From Podarcis cretensis (lineage: Eukaryota), in contig OX638158.1 in the NCBI GenBank assembly GCA_951804945.1, positions 7,068,001-7,132,000 of the forward strand: a DNA stretch of 64,000 nucleotides. The letters are read 5' to 3'. A program made the position numbers and the translations under genes. Each line of letters opens with the position of its first letter. Positions within the stretch are counted from its first letter, which is position 1. This document shows, one piece after another, positions 1-13,209 of the stretch. The notes beneath the pieces were generated by a model. The model was not told where the DNA came from, did no database searches, and worked only from the letters and a program-made list of their open reading frames with translations.

Positions 1-443
1 ATAAGGCAGGCTAAAAATGTTTAAAATAAATAAATGGTGCTCTAGAGCGTCATTATTACACTTATCAACCATTAGGACAATAAGATGTAACCTAGTGAAG
101 TCACATGTTGTCATATGAATAGTTATACTTCTGCTGATGCCAAACAGAGTTTGGACAAATAATTCTTCATAGCACGTTTGCATAATCCATGCTATTTGCA
201 TAATTAATCCCCGCTTGCTGTGGATATGCAGAAATGAGAATCACTGTTGCAGACTTTTGGTTTGTTTTGATTTGCAACAAAACTCACATACCTCTCTACA
301 GCCAACCTACTGTTCTGAGTAAAAACTCAGCATAGCGTAATTGGGGATGTACAAATGCAATGCCCATCAGCAATGGCTCAAGAATGTGCACTGGTTTGCA
401 ATACTTGCAATTCCTCATCCTGTCCAGCATGGTCCACTCAATT

Positions 444-698
444 GAGAGCCAGTGTGGTGTAGTGGTTAAGAGCGGTAGACTTGTAATCTGGGGAACCGGG
501 TTCGCGTCTCCGCTCCTCCACATGCAGCTGCTGGGTGACCTTGGGCCAGTCACACTTCCTTGAAGTCTCTCAGCCTCACTCACCTCACAGAGTGTTTGTT
601 GTGGGGGAGGAAGGGAAAGGAGAATGTTAGCCGCTTTGAGACTCCTTAAAGGGAGTGAAAGGCGGGATATCAAATCCAAACTCTTCTTCTTCTTCTTC
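444..698 (+). mobile_element. tRNA-derived SINE (Squam3-like)
   Basis: A-box TGGTGTAGTGG, B-box GGTTCG, CORE-like gtgaccttgggc, L2-like 3' end and (TTC)n tail. Confidence 0.85.
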
Positions 699-2785
699 TA
701 AAACTAAACAAAAACCCAAGGAGGATTTCTATGGCAGCCAGGAAACAAGAAGATTCCTTATATTAAATTTGTCCATCTAGCCAAGTATTGCCTACTCTGA
801 TTGGCAACATCTCTCCAGTATCCCATTGAGTCTCTTTCATCACCTGCTAATGGTTCTTTAACTAGAGAGTTCAGTGATTGACCTGGGAAAACTTCCACAA
901 GCAAAAGAAGTTTTCTACCTGAGTGATTTTCCGTTCTCAACTTGCTAATTGCTTTATTCCAAGAACAGAGGGAAATGCCTCTGCCATTCTTGATCAAAAC
1001 CTTAAGGGATTTGTGTATGCCACAGTTCCAGTGGAGTACAGAAAACCAGAACAGTGTGGTACTGCACTGGGAGAAGAATGTGTTGCAGCTTTCAGTTAAA
1101 AAAAAGGTTTCCAGCTGATATGGAAGGTGGGAAGGGGGTTATTGGTTGGATTAGTTTCTCTTCTTGTTCTTAACTTGTATTTTTATGCTGTGAACTGCCC
1201 TGGGATCTATGGATGAATGCAGAGATGCAGAGAGTTAGCTGAACAAGACTTCCAATAATTGGGGGTAGAGCTTCAGAGTCATGCCTAAGCCCTTGTCCTT
1301 CATCGTGACTAGCAAAATTAGATATTTGCCAAATGCTGTACATAATAAAGCACCATCCACAAAGTAAGAACCATTATACAATTCTGCATAATTCATAGAG
1401 GTGACAGAATTTCAAGGACAGACCATTGGTCCATCTAACCCATGAATGTCTGGCAGAAAATGGCTCTTCAACTCAACTTTTCCTACCTAATATCCTTTTC
1501 AGCTGGCAATTCCTGGGAGTGACCTGGAACCTTTTTGAATGCAAAACAGATAATCTGAGTTACAGCCCTTCTCCACATAACTCAGCTGGGAAATCATGCC
1601 CTAAAATTTTCTCATGACTCCGACTGAAAACCAAAATGTTTTCATATATAATATGTATATTTACCATTAAAACAACAGGCCACTGAAGGGTTACCTGTCT
1701 GTTGGTCTCATTTATGCTTAATTTATTTTATTCTTCTATTACTTTGGGGGCTGGGGGCGCGAGATACCTTTACAGACTGGATTCTAAGCACAGACAATGG
1801 TGATTAGAAGTGATGGAAAAATGAGTAGGTTGCAAACCTGTATTAACTTGTCTCTGTTTTATATAATTACTTGCAAGGTTTTTTAAAAGACATTTGCGAC
1901 TCACAGGGGAGTCTATGAATTTATTGTCTTCCACCATCTAATAAGGCTGGCAGCCATGAGCATTCCCTATTTATTGATGTGACAGCAATTTATCTCCAGT
2001 GGATAAAATGCAGCTATTTCAACTTGTTAAACACACACACACAAGGTTTGGGCAAGCAGAGCCTTCAAGCTCCAAAAAAGAATAAATTACTCAAAGGAAA
2101 CAAAACAACCTTTCTAACAGCAGCAGAGCGCTCAGCACTCGGAGGACGAACACTGTTACCTGGCAGATGTGAAACACACAACGCAGCAGGAGACGTAATG
2201 GCTCAAAACTCTCAGGAGGAGGCAGCACAGCTGAGTTGATGGACAAGGACGAAATGCCTGGCCCAAAGTTGGTTGTTGGCACCGCAAGTTCCAATGCTAA
2301 CTGTGCTCTCGGCTATTCACTTAGCATAGAGATCAATGGGAGGCTGGACTGGCTGTTGTAAATCAAAGTATGCCACCACAGAAATCTTCTCCTCTCCTAG
2401 ATATCCTCTCCAGATGCTGCTGGAAAACCATAACCATCATCCCTGACCACTGACTATGACAACTGGAGCTGCAGGGCATTGATGTTCAGAAAAACCTGGC
2501 GGGCATTAGGTTGGTTCACAGCCCACTGGCACCCCTGCTCTCTTCATCTCTTGGTCCTTTTCCCATTAGTCAGTTCTTAGTTCCTTTGCACTAGGCAACC
2601 TAGAGTTTTTAGTTTATCTTCACCCACTTTTCTTGCCAACGCACACAATCTAAAAATCGAAGGAATGCCCTGCTGGGTCACTCTAAGAATTCATCTATTC
2701 TCATGTTAACCTGTGCCCATTACATGCCTCTGGAAGGCCCACCAAGAGAGAATGAAGCCAATAGTTTTCAACAGATCATTTACAG

Positions 2786-3235
2786 CAGGGGTTGGCAACC
2801 TAAGGCCTATGGGCCACAAGCGGCCCACCGGGGCCGTTTTACAGGCCCACGAGCTTCCCCCGAATCGAGCTGCCCACTCGGCAAGTCCCCGCGCGCTGGG
2901 ATAAACCGGCATGGCACGGGGACTCACTTTTGTGGTGACGGAAATCACGTCTGTGTAGACGCAGACACCGGAAATCGCAGGTGTGGGCGCTCACATGCAC
3001 CTGCAATCTGGCCCAAGGACTGGCAGTGAACTGGCCCAGGCAAGGTACCGTATTTTTCGCTCTATAACACGCACCCGACCATAACACGCACGTAGTTTTT
3101 AGAGGAGGAAAATCCGTAGGCATGCCACCCGTAGGCATTCCCTCCATAACACGCACAGACATTTCCCCTTACTTCCTAGGAGGAAAAAAGTGAGTGTTAT
3201 GGTGCAAAAAATACGGTAAGTCTTGCCGACCCCTG
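2786..3235. mobile_element. hAT-type MITE
   Basis: CAGGGGT.GGCAA TIRs; 8-bp near-TSD ATTTACAG/ATTTACAA. Confidence 0.85.
3048..3216. mobile_element. Tc1/mariner MITE nested in the hAT MITE
   Basis: TIR CCGTATTTTT.GC..(C/T)ATAACAC, TA TSD. Confidence 0.85.
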
Positions 3236-4162
3236 ATTTACAACACCTGTGATTCCTAGATATACTGCATCTGAATTTATAGGATCTATATCAAAACCCT
3301 TTGTGAGGTGGCCGTAGCCTTCCCATACAGTAGCAGCTGCACCTTTTGTTAACACGTCAAATTCCTTCATCAGTAATCAAAATGTTCATGAGCATTCTAT
3401 AGGATATCCCAACAGCACAGCCTAAATGCAGAAGTTACTGTCCCAGACAGCAATCAGGTTTTTTTAAATTAACCCTATTTCAAGAAAGAGTCCACCCAAC
3501 CCACATTATTTTCAATTGCTTGACAAGCAGCAGCATTTTTGCCTGAGAAAAAGAAAACGGACACATTTTCAATCTTAGCTATACCTCAAACAAATCACTG
3601 TCAGCATGAACCATCATTTTTTGAATGCTTCTCTATTCTCTATTCATTTCCATTAAAGCTCGAAGCACTTCACTCCACCGCCCATCCTATCAATCATAAG
3701 TTAAGAAATTTCCGGTGTTTGTGTGATGCATTCTAAATGCATCAAACATGAAACAAAATTATTTACAGAACAAAATGTGGTCTGGCAGCATTCTACTAAA
3801 ATGAAGATGGTCAGCAAGCTGGCAGGCTGTGTGTGTCTTCAGATCTTTCCTCTTCTGAATTTTCACTGTCTCCTCCATCCCTGGACTTCCAAAGGACTTG
3901 CAAAGGAGAGTGGAATCGCCATTCTCACTCACAGTTCAGCTACTTTCTTCTACAGCCTTTAAGGAAGGAGCTGGGGAAGGCAAATATCACATATTTCCTT
4001 ATTCCACCCCTTCCTCAAAAGAGCTGTGGACAGTGCACATGGTCCCACCTTCCTCACAACAATATTAGGGCTGAGAGACCATGAGTGGCCAAAGGGCATT
4101 CTGTATGCTTTGGGGAATACCAGGATTCTAAATCCCACAGTTTAAGTCCATCATTGTAACTA

Positions 4163-4404
4163 CAGTGGTACCTCGGGTTAAGTACTTAATTCATTCCGGA
4201 GGTCCGTTCTTAACCTGAAACTGTTCTTAACCTGAAGCACCACTTCAGCTAATGGGGCCTCCTGCTGCTGCCGCGCTGCTCGAGCACGATTTCTGTTCTC
4301 ATCCTGAAGCAAAGTTCTTAACCCGAGGTACTATTTCTGGGTTAGCGGAGTCTGTAACCTGAAGTGTCTGTAACCTGAAGCATATGTAACCCGAGGTACC
4401 ACTG
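4163..4404. mobile_element. Tc1/mariner-pogo-type MITE, family A
   Basis: TIR CAGTGGTACCTCGGGTTA, TA TSD, internal TAACCTGAAG repeats. Confidence 0.9.
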
Positions 4405-5593
4405 TACTACATCACAGCCTAGCACAGAACTCTTCTCTTCTGAGTGTTAATAGTTCGGCTTGCATCTCTGTCTCTGTCTCTCTCTGAGAGGCAGAACATG
4501 GGAAGCACAGAGACAGGTCACCTGATTGCCCCCAAGTAAGGGCACCGGTGCAATGAAGGCAAAAAAAGGCCCTTGCGTCTTTGAATACCTCAGTTGTCTG
4601 TGCCTGCCAACATGGATCCACAAGAGGGCACACCCTGGCATACTAGTTTTTCCACAGGCAGGGAGATTTATCATCTGGGAAAGTAGAAAACATGTGACGT
4701 CGCCATGCACCTTCTCAAGTGATTTGATCACAGGAAACCTAAGCACGACATTTCTGGGAGTATCGCTTTGCTCTGTTCCACAGCCTCTTCTACGCCCGTT
4801 GACACTGGCTCCTGCCTCTCTCCCTGATACACAGCAGCTCCACTTGATGTCACTGAGCAGTGTCAAAAAGAGGCAGCCCCCGCCAGGGCTGTGGTTCCTG
4901 CTTCCACTATGTGGAATATATGATTGCCTTGGGGCACTAGCTCAGGTGTGGGCAAGCTTACCCTAAAATATATTGAAGTATGCATTGACTAGGATGGCAG
5001 CCAACCTACAGGAAAAAAAAGAAATGATTGTGCCAAGAAATGATGGATTTGGTCTAGATGAAGTTCATTTCCACTTGCAATTCTTCATCCCTTCCTGTAG
5101 AGCCTTTTATTGCTTTTTGCTCAGCCATCCCACTCTTATGTTAACCCTTGGCCATCCACCGCCAGAAGCACATTGCTTCATAATTAATTTATTCCCCATT
5201 GACTGAAATTAAAAATAATTTGCAAAATAGTTAATTCCCCCTCCTCAAAAAAAGAAAAAAACTTTGATAAATGCACATTTAATTCTCACCCAGGCAGAAA
5301 CGCTCTCCCTCTTCCCCACCTCCACTGTCTGTAACACAATTAAGAGCACCTTAGATTTTATTTAATTTTATTATTTATTCAATTTCTATGTCGCCCTTCA
5401 TTCTAGGATCACAGGACTGTTTACAATATAAAAACACAAACATATATAACATAGTAAGAAAAACAATACCCCTCACACACAAACAAAGTTTAAAAAGCCA
5501 CAGATTATTTCATTAGCCAAAGGCCTGGGAGGAGGAAAATGTTCTTGCCTGGCATCTTCTGTTTCCTTTCTCATCATCATCAAATTCTAATGT

Positions 5594-5798
5594 CAGATAG
5601 GTAGCCGTGTTGGTCTGCCATAGTCAAAACAAAATAAAAAAATTCCTTCCAGTAGCACCTTAAAGACCAACTAAGTTAGTTCTTGGTATGAGCTTTCGTG
5701 TGTATCTGAAGAAGTTGCATGCACACGAAAGCTCATACCAAGAACTAACTTAGTTGATCTTTAAGGTGCTACTGGAAGGAATTTTTTTATTTTGTTTT
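5594..5798 (+). mobile_element. Penelope-like foldback fragment with minimal hammerhead ribozyme
   Basis: 77-bp inverted arms (5626-5702 / 5722-5798). Core CTGAAGA...GAAAGCTC. 12-bp TSD AAATTCTAATGT at 5582-5593 and 5799-5810. Confidence 0.8.
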
Positions 5799-5822
5799 AA
5801 ATTCTAATGTGTTATCTATGGG

Positions 5823-6184
5823 TAAAGGTAAAGGTAAAGGGACCCCTGACCATTAGGTCCAGTCGTGGCCGACTCTGGGGTTGCGGCTCTCATCTCGCTT
5901 TATTGGCCAAGGGAGGCGGCGTACAGCTTCCGGGTCATGTGGCCAGCATGACTAAGCCGCTTCTGGCGAATCAGAGCAGCGCACGGAAACGCCGTTTACC
6001 TTCCTGCTGGAGCGGTAGCTATTTATCTACTCGCACTTTGACATGCTTTCGAACTGCTAGGTTGGCAGGAACAGAGACCGAGCAACGGGAGCTCACCCCG
6101 TCGTGGGGATTCGAACCGCTGACCTTCTGATTGGCAAGTCCTAGGCTCTGTGTTTTAACCCACAGCGCGACCCAATAACGTCCC
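5823..6184 (-). mobile_element. Sauria SINE
   Basis: Same head and (ACCTTT)n tail. TSD TATCTATGGG at 5813-5822 and 6185-6194. Confidence 0.92.
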
Positions 6185-7177
6185 TATCTATGGGCAGAAT
6201 GACACAATTACAAGCAGTAAAACTTATTTGGGGTCTTGGGGTCCTCCATTTTTGTGTCATAGTCCCCCGTTTTTGCCAGCAGCAGCAGCCAATGGTGGGA
6301 TAACAAAAGGACAGAGGCAATGTTGTCCTACAAATCACCTCTTAAACACACAAATGTTGTTTTCTCCAGCAGCCCCAGATTCCAAGTGATGTGTTATTCC
6401 ACCCTTTAAATATATATATGTTTGCAAAGACCCACACCACGTTTGGGTTTCTCCATTTCTATTATTAATATTCTACTCTGTTCAACAGAATATGTTTGAG
6501 ATATATTTGCAGGAGGGAATTCATTGTTCATGTTAAAGTCTTTTGTTAAACTTGTCTTATTTCCTTTTCTTTCTTTCTTTCTTTCTTTCTTTTTTAAAGG
6601 CAGTCAAAGGAGGATTTTTCCTACTGCTCCCTGAACGTGTCAGGTCAGCCTGTCATCTTATCTCCAGTTTTATTAGAAGGAACGTGTCTTCTGTCTTCTT
6701 TAATTGCTACTTACATTCCAGTGCACAATCTTGGCAAAATACTCATTTCAGTCATTTTACTTCAGCTTATGATATGCTCAAAGTCAGTCTCGTTTTTAAA
6801 AAGAGAGAGAGAGAGAGAGAAGTTGGGGGGGGGGAGCACTTTTTGAAATGTGTCAAACTAGCTCAGCGCAGCCGGGAGGAGACCCAATAACCTCAGTGTT
6901 CTGAAAATGTTTTATTTGCAGAGAGAACAGTGTTCTATTTTTAAATTATCATTAATAGCAATATTTTTTTAACAAAGAACAGAGTGTTTGACTGATGAAC
7001 ACTTAATATTCCACAGCCAAAGGTGCAAGCCACTCCTACCTACAGGGATGGGTGGAGACGAAGCAAAGACCAGTGTTGTCTCTCTGTCTACGGCAGGAAA
7101 ACCAGAGTTTGGCAGTTTTGAAGGAAATGGAAGCCTGATATGCTGCATGCTGTTGTTTTCGAAGAACTGGTTCTACT

Positions 7178-7540
7178 TTGAAAAACTTGCAATATATCTC
7201 TCTGGTTTGCTGACTTACTTCCCTCCCCAATTTGTAGGCATGTAAAAAAACAAACAAAACCCCCATGATATAACAAAAATATAATGGGCTCAATCCAGTC
7301 AACACTGGGCTCTTTCGGGTCCCACTTAATTCAATGAGACAATTGCAACTGTGCGTAGTTGAAAAACTTGCAATATATCTCTCTGGTTTGCTGACTTGCT
7401 TCCCTCCCCAATTTGTAGGCATGTAAAAAAAACACAAAAAAACCCCATGATATAACAAAAATATAATGGGCTCAATCCAGTCAACACTGGGCTCTTTTGG
7501 GTCCCACTTAATTCAATGAGACAATTGCAACTGTGCGTAG
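7178..7540. repeat. Tandem duplication of a ~181-bp unit
   Basis: 7178-7358 and 7359-7540 are near-identical; TT microhomology at the junction. Confidence 0.92.
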
Positions 7541-7821
7541 TTCTTACGTTGAAAGCCATTGCACTTAAGAAGTGCATGATTTGTACTGGATTGTGCTCCT
7601 TGTGCTTCTGGTAATGACCCTGGGAAAAGCGGCCCTTGAAATGCCCCACCACTTGGGGAAGCAGGAAGAATGAGACAGCAGGACCCTTTCGGGCCCCTTC
7701 CCTTGTCTCCCCACACTGGCTTTGGAGATGCAATCCTGGTCTGCTTGAACCAGGGTGCTCCATTAAATGCGAAGTAGAGAACTCTGGTTTAATATTTATT
7801 TCCTAACCAGGAACTTATATA

Positions 7822-8033
7822 CAGTGGTACGTCAGGTTACATACGCTTCAGATTACATACGCTTCAGGTTACAGACTACACTAACCCAGAAATAGTGCTT
7901 CAGGTTAAGAACTTTGCTTCAGGATGAGAACAGAAATTGTGCTCCGGCTAAAGTGGTGCTTCAGGTTAAGAACAGTTTCAGGTTAAGTACAGACCTCCGG
8001 AACGAATTAAGTACTTAACCTGAGGTACCGCTG
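7822..8033. mobile_element. MITE family A (opposite orientation, internal deletion)
   Basis: Same TIRs, TA TSD. Confidence 0.88.
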
Positions 8034-8864
8034 TATTTGGCTTTAGGCCAGGCCAAGATGAGATGAAACAATTTAAGGTGCAACTTTGTAAAATTCAGGT
8101 ACAGTATTTAACATTTATGTTAAAATGTATAAAGAGACTGTGCACAGCACTTTCCTTCAGCACCAAGAAACCAAATCCAGCATCTACATATCTCAGATTA
8201 AGGATCTTCCAGGTCAGATGCTCTGATTTCCAGGCAGGTTTGAGTCTCAGTGCCAAATATTTTTCATCACGAACAACCACAGGGAAATAGTTCTTGAAAA
8301 GGAAATAGATTATGTGGACCAAGCCAGTTCTAATCATTATTTTCCTGTGCTGCCTGCATGAGGGATATTCGAACAACACTCTTGCACTTGAGATTTTAAA
8401 AACATTCCACCTCTCAGTTTGTCTTGATTGGTTGGGCTTACATCTACCACACACTCAATCAAATATGAATCTACATTTGTATAAAAATTACCCTTTTGCA
8501 CTGACCTGGTGCAGATAATTGTGCACAGCCGCACTATACAAATGATGAAAACAATCAGTGAGATTGGCTGGGTCATTGCTTGTGCTGCCATCATATGAAA
8601 AATAATTTGCACAAATTATTTTTTGCCTCAAATTGACGCTTTCCTTGTAAAGTCAACCCTCCATGCTGTGCCAAGAGCTGACATTTGGCAGGTGGTAAAT
8701 ATTTGATATTCCTACATGCAAAAAATAAAAATAAATCTTATAATGCCAGCAATCAACATAAAGAGCAGCATAATCAGACCTTCCTATCTGCATCTGGGGG
8801 GTGCAGCCATTAAATGAAAGTACTGAAAGAGAACAAGGTATGTTGGAAACCTCTAACCCATGTA

Positions 8865-9252
8865 CAGTGGTGCCTCGCAAGACGAAAAGAATCCGTTCCG
8901 CGAGTCTCTTCGTCTTGCGGTTTTTTCGTCTTGCGAAGCAAGCCCATTAGCGGATTAGCGGATTAGCGCTACTAGTGGCTTAGCGGGTCAGCTGATAAGC
9001 GGCTTAGCGGATCAGCTGATAAGCAGCTTAGCGGATCAGCTGTTAAGCGGCTTAGCGGATCAGCTGATAAGCGGATTAGCGGCTTAGAAAAAGGGGGGGA
9101 GGGAAAAAAACCCGCAGGAACTCGCAAGACATTTTCGTCTTGCGAAGCAAGCCCATAGGTAATTTGTTTTGCGAAGCACCTCCAAAACGGAAAACCCTTT
9201 CGTCTAGCGGGTTTTCCGTCTTGCGAGGCATTCGTCTTGCGGGGCACCACTG
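8865..9252. mobile_element. Tc1/mariner-pogo-type MITE, family B, with internal minisatellite
   Basis: TIR CAGTGGTGCC(T/C)CGCAAGACGAA, TA TSD; 24-bp tandem unit GCGGCTTAGCGGATCAGCTGATAA about 4 times. Confidence 0.9.
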
Positions 9253-9970
9253 TACAGAGTGCACACATCAATCAACATCTACAAAACCAAGCCCAGACTG
9301 GTAGAGAGATGCACAAATGTGCATACTTAACACCACACCTGTTCACAGAACCAAGATAATGGTTGCCTGCTGGTTCATTCAGATTAAATACCTGCATTTC
9401 TTGTGACTATTCAAATTAAACATGGGTGTTACTTCCATTGAATGCTGAATAAACATGTTCCACAAGTTGTAATAAAAAGCACCACAAATGCACTCTTAGC
9501 ATCTGTTGCTGAATGAAGCCTGCTAGTCCACAGCACACTTATTCAGACTGAGGTTGTCAGAGAGCACAATACACACTAGCTTTTTACACTTCCCCTGCAA
9601 AAGAAAGCCACAAGAATGTGTTTCACTTAAAGAATTCTTTCAACAAACCAGCCCAGATCATCAGGAAAGCTTCCATTCTCATTTGGAGAACCAAGCCACA
9701 AAATGACAAATAGTCAAAGGACATCCTTTTCTTACATAAAAGTAAATGTTAAAAAAGAACATCAACGGTGCATGAAACTGAAAGTTCATCTGTATTTTAC
9801 GTAGTGTATATTATTATCGGTGCTTAAAAACCAGACTATTTTGTTAACCCTCAAGAAGCAGGGAAAACCCCGAGAACTGGGATTCAACACCTCTCCAAGA
9901 ATGCAACTGGTGGCTTTGGCCCACCAGTAATGCTACAGATAAGCAAAAGCCTCCTCTTCTGCTTAGACTG

Positions 9971-10221
9971 CAGGGGTCAGCAAACTTTTTCAGCAGAGGG
10001 CCGGTCCAATGACCCTCAGACCTTGTGGATGACCGGACTATATTTTGGAAAAAAAATATGAACAAATTCCTTTGCCCCTCAAATAACCCAGAGATGCATT
10101 TTAAATAAAAGCACACATTCTACTCATGTAAAAACACGCTGATTCCTGGACCATCTGCGGGCCGGATTGAGAAGGCGATTGGGCCGGATCCGGCCCCCGG
10201 GCCTTAGTTTGCCTACCCATG
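9971..10221. mobile_element. hAT-type MITE
   Basis: CAGGGGTCAGCAAACT / AGTTTGCCTACCCATG ends; GCTTAGA present on both flanks. Confidence 0.8.
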
Positions 10222-10916
10222 GCTTAGAGTACTTCGAGCAGTCTCTTGGTGCAAGGAGGACCCTGAGCCTTGACAAATAGGAAAATTGTGTGACTTGCAG
10301 ACATAGGGTAGTAATATCATATTGTTGCTCTCTTGATATTTTTTTTAAAAAAACCACTTTGACACCCAGCAGTACCTCTCCGGTGCCAAAATGTTAGGGA
10401 CTCCACCACTTCTGCAAGTTTTTGTTAACATATTTTTTAAAGGCATACATACACATATAACTGATTAGCCAATGATACAATCGACCTATATTTACAGATA
10501 TTGAAATCACTTGCTAAGAATGTAACTTATCATAGTTGAATATCTAAATACAACTGATCGCACATCTCCAAGGTACACATTGGTGACAGCCTATCATGTT
10601 TAGTACAGAACACGACACATCAGTTTTGCTCATAGACTGTTTTATCCTGAAATGAATTATTATCTGATACAAGTTAGAATGGCACTGATAAGCAACAGCC
10701 AGCACATCTTGTGCTTATCTGTACCAGCTTTTACCTTTGCCTAGGCTATAAGGTTTCCAACTCCTACAACATTCAAAATATTTTGAAATTAAGCCTTCTA
10801 AGCATATTCTTGAGATGCTTAAATAGCCCAAGGCCTGCTGAAAGTTTGCAGTTTCTTACTTAGAATCATAGAGTTGGAAGAGACCACAGGGGCCATCGAG
10901 TACTTACACTTTAATA

Positions 10917-11158
10917 CAGTGGTACCTCAGGTTAAGTACTTAATTTGTTCCGGAGGTCAGTACTTAACCTGAAACTGTTCTTAATCTGAAGCACCACTTT
11001 AGCTAATGGGGCCTCCTGCTGCTACCATGCCGCTGGAGCACGATTTCTGTTCTCATCATGGAGCAAAGTTCTTAACCTGAAGCACTATTTCTGGGTTAGC
11101 GGAGTCTGTAACCTGAAGCGTATGTAACCTGAAGCATATGTAACCCGGGGTACCACTG
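10917..11158. mobile_element. MITE family A
   Basis: Same TIRs, TA TSD. Confidence 0.9.
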
Positions 11159-11330
11159 TAATCTTTTAGAACCAAGCAAACCCCATTTTTTCAGTATTGT
11201 ACCGTCAGGCTCCTTAAATTCCATGTCTAGCTAAAACTGAGAAGAGCATTCTTTGTATCTTGTTGTGAGATGCCAGTGTTGTTGACCTGGGAACAACGAA
11301 CACAGTATTCAGTAAATATGTAACAGGACA

Positions 11331-11680
11331 ATTGCCAAGACAAAATAAAGTAGTTCTTCACACAGCGCATAGTAAACGATGGAATTCGCTCCCACAAGAG
11401 GAAGTAATGGCTAGCGACTTGAGCAGCTTTGAAAGAGGATTATCTAAATTCATGGAGGATTGGGCTATCAGGGGCTACTAGCCATGATGGATATGCTTTG
11501 CTTTCATTGTCAGTGTAAGCCTCTGAATACCAGTTGCTAGGAATCACAAGTATGGACAGCTGGGTATGGACACACAGGTTCTGCTTGCTGGCTTCCCATA
11601 GGAATCTGGTTGAACACTGAGAGAACTGGATGCTTGACTAGATGGGTCACTGGCCTGACCCAGCAAGAGTTTATGTTCTT
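11331..11680 (+). mobile_element. Old CR1 3' fragment
   Basis: Degenerate FTQRIV..WNSLP / FERGL.KFMED motifs and CR1 3'UTR; similar tails at ~40490-40700, ~48420-49150 and ~53790-53980. Confidence 0.65.
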
Positions 11681-13209
11681 AAACACTGTTCTCTACTGAA
11701 CTCTGTTAAATAGCAATGAAGCTCTGCTTGCAAGCACCAACAAATTCTCCGGCACTTACAGTGATCCGTGTGTGCCTGTGTGTTAAATTTATGGAGTGCT
11801 CTAGGATGAGAAATAGAAATTCCGGGGATTATTAATGTGTCAGGGATGTGACGCATCAGGAGTAAATAGATCATCGTGTAATCTAAAGGACATGATGAAT
11901 ACCCAATTGGAGGACCAGATTCCATAGCTTCAGTTAATACGTATGAATCTATCGGCCAGATCTTTAAGGGGGTTGTTAATTACACTGTCAGTGGAAAAGC
12001 CCTAACACAAAGGATAGAGAAAATGTTCAACGAGACCTCCAACCTGTAACCAATGGCCTTCATTGTTGTTTTTCAAGAGCGTGAACAGAAAAACGCAATC
12101 CTACTGTTTTCTATATAAACAGTCCAATATTGCCAGAAGCAAAACAACAGCTTTGGGGTACAACCTGTGTATATGATGGTATTTTCCCCTCCTGTTGACC
12201 ATGCACACAGGCGCAAGCAATGTCTCCTGCATTTGCTCCTCTGAAATAAAATTAGAGAATTGCAAGAGCACAAACCTTGTTCTTCCTCAACTCATTCATT
12301 TCATCAGTTTGTGTGGGAGACATTCCCAGTATGCTCCCACTACTTTCCAAAGCTAATTATGGCAGGTAAGTACTCTGAGTTACTCTTTTAAAGACTAGGT
12401 GACCCTTGTGGACTAGATGCCCCTTGGGGTCCCTTCCAACTCTAAGATTCTATGATATACATAATTCAGGGTAAAGGTGCTTAGTTATGGAAATGATTCA
12501 TTCCATCACTAATTATGCACTACTTTGCATGGATAATGCTTCACTTTGTTTGCTTCAGAGGCGCTTGAGGCTTACAGAGGAAGCAAATATCATCTAATGA
12601 AGACAGATAAAGGTCAGGCAAGGAAGCAAGGTCAGATGAAGCAAGGAAAGTCTGAACGCAAGCAAAGTCAACTCAAAGCCAGAAGTCAAAAAAGTGAAAG
12701 GTGGACAAAGCCAAGCCAAAACTCTCTTAAACAGAGTGCAGACAAGAAAAGGACTTTCAACAACTCCAAGTGGACCTTGATAGCTTAAGTCCTCGCCTCT
12801 TAAGACAGATGTAGGAAGATGCTGTCTCAGCAAGGAGCGCGAGCCAATTGAAACATTATGTAAACTAAGCAACATGAACTAGAAATTGGGTGGTTCCACC
12901 TTCTGAGAAGCTATCTAGGTTGTTAAAGGCTCATCACCTGAATTTGCAATCTTTGACTTTTATGAGGCTGGAGAAATAAAAATATTGCAGGGGACTCATC
13001 CTTGAAATCTGATAGTGGTTATAGAGCCGTGTCTGCAGTAAGATGTCCCCAATTAAGATATTGATGGTTCTACCAATAAAAAATCAACCTGAGCCCTGTT
13101 CTCATCAATCGTACACCATAATGAGTCATGATACATTTAGGATACCATGCTCCATTTTGAGCATTCTGTGCTAGGCATCTCTAGTAGTAGCTCCCTGCCA
13201 GAGGTGGTC

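Noticed and set aside
8948-9085. CRISPR-like array
   Set aside because: Eukaryotic DNA; head-to-tail units with no unique spacers, inside a MITE.
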